From Balanoglossus misakiensis (Eukaryota > Animalia > Hemichordata), in assembly GCA_040954595.2 (NCBI GenBank), contig CM082589.2, positions 3,548,213 to 3,612,212 on the forward strand: DNA of 64,000 bases, read 5' to 3'. The position numbers were made by a program, and so were the translations under genes. Of this stretch, positions 56,201-64,000 are shown piece by piece. Each line of letters starts with the position of its first letter. The first letter of the stretch is position 1. The notes beneath the pieces were generated by a model. That model did not search any database and was not told the origin of the DNA. It saw only the letters and a program-made list of their open reading frames with translations.

Positions 56201-59200
56201 CGGTTTCTCTCTTGCTATTTGAGCGGTTGCTGGATCAATCAAACCTCTCTTGACAGCCTCATCAAGTGGAACTTTCTCTCCAGATTTTGGATCAATGATG
56301 CCACCCTTAGCAAGCTGCATTCGAACTAACTGTTCAGTTGTTTCCTCTGATATTAGCTTATACCTGACAGCTTCACTGAGGGGTAATCTCTCACCAGTTT
56401 TGGGGTGAAGAATGCCACCTGATATAAGTTCCTTTTCAAGGAGTCTGTTTGCGGTATCGCTGTCCACCAAACCTTTATCAAGTGCTTCAATAACTGTTAC
56501 ACTATCACCTGTCTTGGGATCTACAATACTAACAGCTATTTCTTTGGGCTGAACCAATTCTGCTTTCTGAACGGTGACGGATTCAGTCGCTGAAGGCAAT
56601 AATTTCCCTGTTGTGCTATCGATTACTACCGTGAAGGAAGGTCTCTCTTCAACAATTTTAGCAATAGAAGATGGCACAAGCTCCGTTTTCACTGATTCCT
56701 CAAGAGGCAGTCTCTCCCCTGATTTTGTATCAATCACACCTCCTCCTGCGACTTGTTCTCTAACAATATCTGCTGCCATTTCAGGGTCAATCAGTTGCCT
56801 ATTGACTGCTTCAGCAACTGTCAGTTCTTCATCTGTTTTGGGATCTTTAATACCACCAGATTCAAGTTCTTTTCCAAATAATTGTCTGGCTGTGTTCCTG
56901 TCAATGACACCTTTCTCTAATGCCTCCACTACAGTCAGGGTCCCTCCAGTCTGTGGATCAACGATGCTCACAACTACACGTCTCTGTTCGACCACTTTCA
57001 TCTCTCTTCTCACAATGCTGACTTGTTCAGTAGCTTCTGTGGGTATTACATGAGCTCTCTGTGGTTGCTGTTTGACAAGGTCTGCTGTTGCAGTATCAAC
57101 TATGCCTTTTTTCACAGCATCTTCAAGAGGTATTCTTTCACCTGATGTAGGATCGAGAACTCCTCCTGTGGCCAGTTGATCTCTGACCACATCTGCTGCA
57201 GTTTCAGGATCAACTAAACCACGTCTGACTGCCTCTCCAAGAGACAATCGACGTCCACTCTCGGGCTCCAAGATTCCTCCTGTCTCAAGCTCTTTCTCAA
57301 GAAGTTGTACAGCACTGTCTCGGTCAAGAAGTCCAAGTTGAAGAGCTTCCACTACAGACAGTTGCTTGCCAGTTTGTGGATGAACAATGGTGACTGTCAC
57401 TTGTTTCTGTGGAATGACTTCTGTTTTAATTTCTCGCCACACAGTTTCAACTTTCTCAGGCTCTACCAATGTTTGAGGTTCCCTTTCAACTACACTGGTA
57501 AAGGATGGCATCTCTTCAACAAGTTTGGCAGTAGAAGGAGCAACAAGAGATTTGCTCACAGACTCTTGCAGTGGTACTCTCTCCCCTGATTTTGTATCAA
57601 TCACACCTCCTCCTGCGACTTGTTCTCTAACAATATCTGCTGCCATTTCAGGGTCAATCAGTTGCCTATCAACTGCTTCAGCAACTGTCAGTTCTTCATC
57701 TGTTTTGGGATCTTTAATACCACCAGATTCAAGTTCTTTTCCAAATAATTGTCTGGCTGTGTTCCTGTCAATGACACCTTTCTCTAATGCCTCCACAACA
57801 GTGAGGGTTCCTCCAGTCTGTGGATCAACGATGCTCACAACTACACGTCTCTGTTCTACCACTTTCATCTCTCTTCTCACAATGCTGACTTGTTCAGTAG
57901 CTTCTGTGGGTATCGAACGAGCTTTCCGTGGTTGCTGTTTGACAAGGTCTGCTGTTACAGTATCAACTATGTCTCTTTTAACAGCATCTTCAAGAGGTAT
58001 CTTTTCACCTGATGTTGGATCGAGAACTCCTCCTGTGGCAAGTTGATCTCTGACAACATCTGCTGCAGTTTCAGGAACAACTAAACCACGTCTGACTGCT
58101 TCTCCAAGAGACAATCGACGTCCACTCTCGGGTTCCACGATTCCTCCTGTCTCAAGCTCTTTCTCAAGAAGTTGTACAGCACTGTCTCGGTCAAGAAGTC
58201 CAAGTTGAAGAGCTTCCACTACAGACAGTTGCTTGCCAGTTTGTGGATGAACAATGGTGACTGTCACATGTTTCTGTGGAATGACTTCTGTTTTAATTTC
58301 TCGCCACACAGTTTCCACTTTCTCAGGCTCTACCAATGTTTGAGGTTCGCTTTCAACTACACTGGTAAAGGATGGCATCTCTTCAACAAGTTTGGCAGTG
58401 GAAGGAGCAACAAGAGATTTGCTCACAGACTCTTGCAGTGGTACTCTCTCCCCTGATTTTGTATCAATCACACCTCCTCCTGCGACTTGTTCTCTCACAA
58501 TATCTGCTGCCATTTCAGGGTCAATCAGTTGCCTATCGACTGCTTCAGCAACTGTCAGTTCTTCATCTGTTTTGGGATCTTTAATACCACCAGATTCATG
58601 TTCTTTTCCAAATAATTGTCTCGCTGTGTTCCTGTCAATGACACCTTTCTCTAACGCCTCCACAACAGTGAGGGTTCCTCCAGTCTGTGGATCAACGATG
58701 CTCACAACTACACGTCTCTGTTCTACCACTTTCATCTCTCTTCTCACAATGCTGACTTGTTCAGTAGCTTCTGTGGGTATTATATGAGCTCTCTGTGGTT
58801 GCTGTTTGACAAGGTCTGCTGTTGCAGTATCAACTATGTCTCTTTTCACTGCATCATCAAGAGGTATCTTTTCACCTGATGTTGGATCAAGAACCCCTCC
58901 TGTGGCAAGTTGATCTCTGACAACATCTGCTGCAGTTTCAGGATCAACTAAACCACGTCTGACTGCCTCTCCAAGAGACAATCGACGTCCACTCTCGGGC
59001 TCCAAGATTCCTCCTGTCTCAAGCTCTTTCTCAAGAAGTTGTACAGCACTGTCTCGGTCAAGAAGTCCAAGTTGAAGAGCTTCCACTACAGACAGCTGCT
59101 TGCCAGTTTGTGGATGAACAATGGTGACTGTCACTTGTTTCTGTGGGATGACTTCTGTTTTAATTTCTCGCCACACAGTTTCAACTTTCTCAGGCTCTAC

Positions 59201-62200
59201 CAATGTTTGAGGTTCCCTTTCAACTACACTGGTAAAGGATGGCATCTCTTCAACAAGTTTGGCAGTAGAAGGAGCAACAAGAGATTTGCTCACAGACTCT
59301 TGCAGTGGTACTCTCTCCCCTGATTTTGTATCAATCACACCTCCTCCTGCGACTTGTTCTCTAACAATATCTGCTGCCATTTCAGGGTCAATCAGTTGCC
59401 TATCAACTGCTTCAGCAACTGTCAGTTCTTCGTCTGTTTTGGGATCTTTAATACCACCAGATTCAAGTTCTTTTCCAAATAATTGTCTGGCTGTGTTCCT
59501 GTCAATGACACCTTTCTCCAATGCCTCAACAACAGTCAGGGTTCCTCCAGTCTGTGGATCAACGATGCTCACAACTACACGTCTCTGTTCTACCACTTTC
59601 ATCTCTCTTCTCACAATGCTCACTTGTTCAGTAGCTTCTGTGGGAATTACTTGAGCTCTCTGTGGTTGCTGTTTGACAAGGTCTGCTGTTGCAGTATCAA
59701 CTATGTCTCTTTTAACAGCATCTTCAAGAGGTATCTTTTCACCTGATGTTGGATCAAGAACTCCTCCCGTGGCAAGTTGATCTCTGACAACATCTGCTGC
59801 AGTTTCAGGATCAACTAAACCACGTCTGACTGCCTCTCCAAGAGACAATCGACGTCCACTCTCGGGTTCCACGATTCCTCCTGTCTCAAGCTCTTTCTCA
59901 AGAAGTTGTACAGCACTGTCTCGGTCAAGAAGTCCAAGTTGAAGAGCTTCCACTACAGACAGTTGCTTGCCAGTTTGTGGATGAACAATGGTGACTGTCA
60001 CTTGTTTCTGTGGAATGACTTCTGTTTTAATTTCTCGCCACACAGTTTCCACTTTCTCAGGCTCTACCAATGTTTGAGGTTCCCTTTCAACTACACTGGT
60101 AAAGGATGGCATCTCTTCAACAAGTTTGGCAGTAGAAGGAGCAACAAGAGATTTGCTCACAGACTCTTGCAGTGGTACTCTCTCCCCTGATTTTGTATCA
60201 ATCACACCTCCTCCTCCGACTTGTTCTCTAACAATATCTGCTGCCATTTCAGGGTCAATCAGTTGCCTATCAACTGCTTCAGCAACTGTCAGTTCTTCAT
60301 CTGTTTTGGGATCTTTAATACCACCAGATTCAAGTTCTTTTCCAAATAATTGTCTGGCTGTGTTCCTGTCAATGACACCTTTCTCTAATGCCTCCACAAC
60401 AGTGAGGGTCCCTCCAGTCTGTGGATCAACGATGCTCACAACTACACGTCTCTGTTCTACCACTTTCATCTCTCTTCTCACAATGCTGACTTGTTCAGTA
60501 GCTTCTGTGGGTATCGCACGAGCTTTCTGTGGTTGCTGTTTGACAAGGTCTGCTGTTGCAGTATCAACTATGTCTCTTTTCACTGCATCTTCAAGAGGTA
60601 TCCTTTCACCTGATGTAGGATCGAGAACTCCTCCTGTGGCAAGTTGATCTCTGACAACATCTGCTGCAGTTTCAGGATCAACTAAACCACGTCTGACTGC
60701 CTCTCCAAGAGACAATCGACGTCCACTCTCGGGCTCCACGATTCCTCCTGTCTCAAGCTCTTTCTCAAGAAGTTGTACAGCATTGTCTCGGTCAAGAAGT
60801 CCAAGTTGAAGAGCTTCTACTACAGACAGTTGCTTGCCAGTTTGTGGATGAACAATGGTGACTGTCACTTGTTTCTGTGGAATGACTTCTGTTTTAATTT
60901 CTCGCCACACAGTTTCCACTTTCTCAGGCTCTACCAATGTTTGAGGTTCCCTTTCAACTACACTGGTAAAGGATGGCATCTCTTCAACAAGTTTGGCAGT
61001 AGAAGGAGCAACAAGAGATTTGCTCACAGACTCTTGCAGTGGTACTCTCTCCCCTGATTTTGTATCAATCACACCTCCTCCTGTGACTTGTTCTCTAACA
61101 ATATCTGCTGCCATTTCAGGGTCAATCAGTTGCCTATCGACTGCTTCAGCAACTGTCAGTTCTTCATCTGTTTTGGGATCTTTAATACCACCAGATTCAA
61201 GTTCTTTTCCAAATAATTGTCTGGCTGTGTCTCTGTCAATGACACCTTTCTCTAATGCCTCCACAACAGTGAGGGTCCCTCCAGTCTGTGGATCAACGAT
61301 GCTCACAACTACACGTCTCTGTTCTACCACTTTCATCTCTCTTCTCACAATGCTAACTTGTTCAGTAGCTTCTGTGGGTAGTATATGAGCTTTCTGTGGT
61401 TGCTGTTTGACAAGGTCTGCTGTTGCAGTATCAACTATGTCTCTTTTCACAGCATCTTCAAGAGGTATCCTTTCACCTGATGTAGGATCGAGAACTCCTC
61501 CTGTGGCAAGTTGATCTCTGACCACATCTGCTGCAGTTTCAGGATCAACTAAACCACGTCTGACTGCCTCTCCAAGAGACAATCGACGTCCACTCTCAGG
61601 CTCCAAGATTCCTCCTGTCTCAAGCTCTTTCTCAAGAAGTTGTACAGCACTGTCTCGGTCAAGAATTCCAAGTTGAAGAGCTTCTACTACAGACAGTTGC
61701 TTGCCAGTTTGTGGATGAACAATGGTGACTGTCACTTGTTTCTGTGGGATGACTTCTGTTTTAATTTCTCGCCACACTGTTTCAACTTTCTCAGGCTCTA
61801 CCAATGTTTGAGGTTCCTTTTCAACTACACTAGTAAAGGATGGCATCTCTTCAACAAGTTTGGCAGTAGAAGGAGCAACAAGAGATTTGCTCACAGACTC
61901 TTGCAGTGGTACTCTCTCCCCTAATTTTGTATCAATCACACCTCCTCCTGCGACTTGTTCTCTCACAATATCTGCTGCCATTTCTGGGTCAATCAGTTGC
62001 CTATCGACTGCTTCAGCAACTGTCAGTTCTTCATCTGTTTTGGGATCTTTAATACCACCAGATTCAAGTTCTTTTCCAAATAATTGTCTGGCTGTGTTCC
62101 TGTCAATGACGCCTTTCTCTAATGCCTCCACAACAGTCAGGGTCCCTCCAGTCTGTGGATCAACGATGCTCACAACTACACGTCTCTGTTCTACCACTTT

Positions 62201-64000
62201 CATCTCTCTTCTCACAATGCTTACTTGTTCAGGAGCTTCTGTGGGTATTACATGAGCTCTCTGTGGTTGCTGTTTGACAAGGTCTGCTGTTGCAGTATCA
62301 ACTATGTCTCTTTTCACAGCATCTTCAAGAGGTATCTTTTCACCTGATGTAGGATCGAGAACTCCTCCTGTGGCAAGTTGATCTCTAACAACATCTGCTG
62401 CAGTTTCAGGATCAACTAAAGCACGTCTGACTGCCTCTCCAAGAGACAATCGACGTCCGCTCTCGGGCTCCACGATTCCTCCTGTCTCAAGCTCTTTCTC
62501 AAGAAGTTGTACAGCACTGTCTCGGTCAAGAAGTCCAAGTTGAAGAGCTTCCACTACAGACAGTTGCTTGCCAGTTTGTGGATGAACAATGGTGACTGTC
62601 ACATGTTTCTGTGGAATGACTTCTGTTTTAATTTCTCTCCACACAGTTTCAACTTTCTCAGGCTCTACCAATGTTTGAGGTTCCCTTTCAACTACACTGG
62701 TAAAGGATGGTGTCTCTTCAACAAGTTTGGCAGTAGAAGGAGCAACAAGAGATTTGCTCACAGACTCTTGCAGTGGTACTCTCTCCCCTGATTTTGTATC
62801 AATCACACCTCCTCCTGCGACTTGTTCTCTAACAATATCTGCTGCCATTTCAGGGTCAATCAGTTGCCTATCGACTGCTTCAGCAACTGTCAGTTCTTCA
62901 TCTGTTTTGGGATCTTTAATACCACCAGATTCAAGTTCTTTTCCAAATAATTGTCTGGCTGTGTTCCTGTCAATGACACCTTTCTCTAATGCTTCTACAA
63001 CAGTCAGGGTCCTTCCAGTCTGTGGATCAACGATGCTCACAACTACACGTCTCTGTTCTACCACTTTCATCTCTCTTCTCACAATGCTGACTTGTTCAGT
63101 AGCTTCTGTGGGTAATACGTGAGCTCTCTGTGGTTGCTGTTTGACAAGGTCTGCTGTTGCAGTATCAACTATGTCTCGTTTCACAGCATCTTCAAGAGGA
63201 ATCCTTTCACCTGATGTAGGATCAAGAACTCCTCCTGTGGCAAGCTGATCTCTGACCACATCTGCTGCAGTTTCAGGATCAACTAAACCACGTCTGACTG
63301 CTTCTCCAAGAGACAATCGACGTCCACTCTCGGGTTCCACGATTCCTCCTGTCTCAAGCTCTTTCTCAAGAAGTTGTACAGCACTGTCTCGGTCAAGAAG
63401 TTCAAGTTGAAGAGCTTCTACTACAGACAGCTGCTTGCCAGTTTGTGGATGAACAATGGTGACTGTCACATGTTTCTGTGGAATGACTTCTGTTTTAATT
63501 TCTCTCCACACAGTTTCAACTTTCTCAGGCTCTACCAATGTTTCAGGTTCCCTTTCAACTACACTGGTAAAGGATGGTGTCTCTTCAACAAGTTTGGCAG
63601 TAGAAGGAGCAACAAGAGATTTGCTCACAGACTCTTGCAGTGGTACTCTCTCTCCTGATTTTGTGTCAATCACACCTCCTCCTGCGACTTGTTCTCTAAC
63701 AATATCTGCTGCCATTTCAGGGTCAATCAGTTGCCTATCGACTGCTTCAGCAACTGTCAGTTCTTCATCTGTTTTGGGATCTTTAATACCACCAGATTCA
63801 AGTTCTTTTCCAAATAATTGTCTGGCTGTGTTCCTGTCAATGACACCTTTCGCTAATGCTTCCACTACAGTGAGGGTCCCTCCGGTCTGTGGATCAACGA
63901 TGCTCACAACTACACGTCTCTGTTCTACCATTTTCATCTCTCTTCTCACAATGCTGACTTGTTCAGTAGCTTCTGTGGGTATTATGTGAGCTCTCTGTGG
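1365..64000 (-). CDS. MACF1: Giant spectraplakin (MACF1/dystonin/Shot-like), internal multi-exon segment; both ends outside the window
   Basis: Plectin repeats (GGIxDPxTGExLxLxEAxxxGLID) in a giant exon, followed by ~63 spectrin repeats (helix-A W, helix-C RY motifs) on 95 exons with matching phases. A plectin-repeat exon upstream of a spectrin rod is the spectraplakin architecture. The symbol is family-level; the actin-binding and GAS2 domains are not visible, so orthology is inferred. Confidence 0.88.
6440..6478 (-). CDS. Candidate alternative first coding exon (MAKRVVCACVKFK) with GC donor
   Basis: gtaacATGG (A at -3, G at +4), in-frame TAG 27 nt upstream, ends AAG|gcaagt in phase 0 matching exon 5640-5786; CpG-richer upstream region 6480-6720. 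Confidence 0.5.
7516..12255 (-). CDS. Spectrin super-repeat unit 8 (11 exons, 864 aa)
   Basis: Exons 12109-12255, 11489-11914, 10905-11225, 10663-10777, 10320-10537, 9793-10110, 9496-9662, 9048-9207, 8678-8918, 8179-8423, 7516-7749. Confidence 0.88.
12391..16799 (-). CDS. Spectrin super-repeat unit 7 (10 exons, 856 aa)
   Basis: Exons 16653-16799, 16021-16446, 15534-15854, 15266-15380, 14817-15031, 14285-14602, 13837-14163 (fused), 13500-13719, 13064-13308, 12391-12624. Confidence 0.88.
12666..13020. repeat. (ATC)n/(ACC)n compound trinucleotide microsatellite, ~355 bp, intronic
   Basis: Directly visible; source of the poly-S/I/M pseudo-ORFs. Confidence 0.98.
15148..15226. repeat. Degenerate (TCTG)n microsatellite
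   Basis: tctgtctgtctgtctgtctg run in an intron. Confidence 0.75.
16931..23576 (-). CDS. Spectrin super-repeat unit 6 (11 exons, 858 aa, plus microexon)
   Basis: Exons 23430-23576, 22691-23116, 22139-22459, 21173-21287, 20583-20797, 19900-20217, 19513-19679, 19051-19210, 18605-18827, 17577-17824, 16931-17164. Confidence 0.88.
21669..21689 (-). CDS. Candidate 21-nt microexon (NQFDEAK; 27-nt TQNQFDEAK with the upstream AG)
   Basis: Long pyrimidine tract ...catgcttttccttttttcgtgaagactcag|AATCAGTTTGATGAAGCAAAG|gtaggg; phase 0-0. Confidence 0.65.
23627..23693 (-). mobile_element. Possible L2/CR1-type SINE/LINE 3' tail remnant
   Basis: Minus strand reads tgtaaagtgccttgagcac...ggatacatgcgctgttaa, resembling (from memory) the gtaaagcgccttgag...gcgctatataa tail of L2/CR1-clade elements. 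Confidence 0.4.
23869..29024 (-). CDS. Spectrin super-repeat unit 5 (8 exons, 862 aa)
   Basis: Exons 28452-29024 (fused), 27882-28202, 27318-27647 (fused), 26672-26989, 26082-26414 (fused), 25685-25916, 24215-24459, 23869-24102. Confidence 0.88.
29170..33128 (-). CDS. Spectrin super-repeat unit 4 (9 exons, 854 aa)
   Basis: Exons 32982-33128, 32398-32823, 31896-32216, 31379-31708 (fused), 30939-31256, 30483-30809 (fused), 29964-30177, 29575-29819, 29170-29403. Confidence 0.88.
33270..37410 (-). CDS. Spectrin super-repeat unit 3 (10 exons, 852 aa)
   Basis: Exons 37264-37410, 36698-37123, 36059-36379, 35776-35890, 35456-35670, 34742-35226 (fused), 34418-34577, 34039-34246, 33676-33920, 33270-33503. 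Confidence 0.88.
37691..42351 (-). CDS. Spectrin super-repeat unit 2 (11 exons, 833 aa)
   Basis: Exons 42205-42351, 41558-41983, 40923-41243, 40681-40795, 40221-40438, 39813-40100, 39471-39637, 38947-39106, 38518-38710, 38196-38425, 37691-37924. Confidence 0.88.
42775..47107 (-). CDS. Spectrin super-repeat unit 1 (11 exons, 848 aa)
   Basis: Exons 46961-47107, 46422-46847, 45988-46308, 45717-45831, 45322-45539, 44710-45012, 44449-44615, 44156-44315, 43744-43951 (GC donor), 43301-43545, 42775-43008. Confidence 0.87.
47253..48845 (-). CDS. 1593-nt exon: spectrin half-repeat + plectin-repeat cluster + P/E/V/K-rich tandem repeats
   Basis: cag| acceptor, |gtgagt donor, 531 codons; GGIIDPVSGDRLS and GGIIDHTTGERVP plectin repeats. 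Confidence 0.9.
47280..47870 (-). repeat. Coding tandem repeat, 150 bp (50 aa) x ~4
   Basis: ggatcatttc at 47411, 47561, 47711, 47861; unit EMILRPKKIAQVEAVPFQKPDERFLEPEEISKEKVIPQEAASFKLDESPE. Confidence 0.95.
49013..49159 (-). CDS. Spectrin-repeat exon (147 nt, AALKKEY...VEEHM)
   Basis: tag| acceptor, |gtagga donor, phase 0-0. Confidence 0.8.
49378..49596 (-). CDS. Spectrin-repeat exon (219 nt, ALQYDIIEQ...TKVEQ)
   Basis: cag| acceptor, |gtaatg donor, phase 0-0, KTRYE motif. Confidence 0.82.
49690..49845 (-). CDS. Spectrin-repeat exon (156 nt, ILKGGAEV...VILVR)
   Basis: cag| acceptor, |gtaagt donor, phase 0-0, LGWV motif. Confidence 0.82.
49973..50209 (-). CDS. Spectrin-repeat exon (237 nt, AFMEDVANHK...EDRGE)
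   Basis: tag| acceptor, |gtaagt donor, phase 0-0. Confidence 0.88.
50337..50420. repeat. Degenerate (CACT)n microsatellite
   Basis: ctcactcactcactcactcaccca... in an intron. Confidence 0.7.
51051..51141. mobile_element. Short piggyBac-like MITE/hairpin relic
   Basis: ttaaccctttcacc...ggtgaaagggctaa: terminal inverted repeats starting CCC, flanked by TTAA and a degenerate CTAA. Confidence 0.5.
51188..51208 (-). CDS. Candidate 21-nt microexon (NILLESE)
   Basis: ttcctctttgcattttgtgctttctctctcag|AATATCTTGCTAGAATCTGAG|gtatgt; phase 0-0 in a 1.6-kb intron. Confidence 0.7.
51787..51933 (-). CDS. Spectrin-repeat exon (147 nt, VELKPEY...QLEEQQ)
   Basis: cag| acceptor, |gtgagt donor, phase 0-0; not in the ORF track. 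Confidence 0.85.
52145..52375 (-). CDS. Spectrin-repeat exon (231 nt, AFLEEVISHKPP...HREQ)
   Basis: tag| acceptor, |gtgaga donor, phase 0-0. Confidence 0.88.
52794..52940 (-). CDS. Spectrin-repeat exon (147 nt, LPLMDHYDK...LRDHE)
   Basis: aag| acceptor, |gtgaga donor, phase 0-0, helix-A W (EEWVR). Confidence 0.85.
53396..64000 (-). CDS. Giant plectin-repeat exon (>=3535 codons, open at the window edge)
   Basis: Uninterrupted frame from 64000. Donor GAG|gtgatt at 53395 is phase 0, matching the next exon. Dozens of 38-aa-spaced plectin repeats. Confidence 0.95.
56711..64000 (-). repeat. Coding tandem repeat, 867 bp (289 aa), >=8.4 near-identical copies
   Basis: Identical shadow ORFs recur every 867 bp (57305, 58172, 59039, 59906, 60773, 61640, 62507, 63374). 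The unit VRREMKVVEQRR...PTEATEQVSI repeats with few substitutions. Confidence 0.97.

Noticed and set aside
53375-63989. Many plus-strand Ser/Thr-rich ORFs, repeated every 867 bp
   Set aside because: Antisense shadows of the Glu/Val/Gly-rich coding strand; they repeat only because the DNA repeats. The same applies to plus-strand ORFs over the spectrin exons.

Overview
Eukaryotic (animal, probably invertebrate; taxon not determinable from the sequence) genomic DNA. It is filled by the middle of one giant minus-strand gene of the spectraplakin family (MACF1/dystonin/Shot/VAB-10 type). Neither end of the gene is in the window. By hand I traced 95 exons with consistent phases (GT-AG, plus one GC-AG intron), about 35,190 coding nt or 11,700 aa. 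In transcript order: (1) a >10.6-kb plectin-repeat exon containing a near-identical 867-bp/289-aa tandem array; (2) four two-exon spectrin repeats, the last fused to an extra plectin-repeat cluster and a 50-aa P/E/V/K-rich tandem repeat; (3) at least 8.5 copies of an 11-exon, 7-spectrin-repeat (~855 aa) super-repeat with conserved exon sizes, precise intron losses and a periodic RRxS-bearing loop. The longer introns hide splice features missed by the ORF track: two 21-nt (one heptad) microexons with UGC-containing pyrimidine tracts, a candidate internal first exon with a GC donor encoding MAKRVVCACVKFK, a GTAAGT cluster next to an AATAAA after the giant exon, and a UGCAUG cluster. All exon calls are manual and lack transcript evidence.
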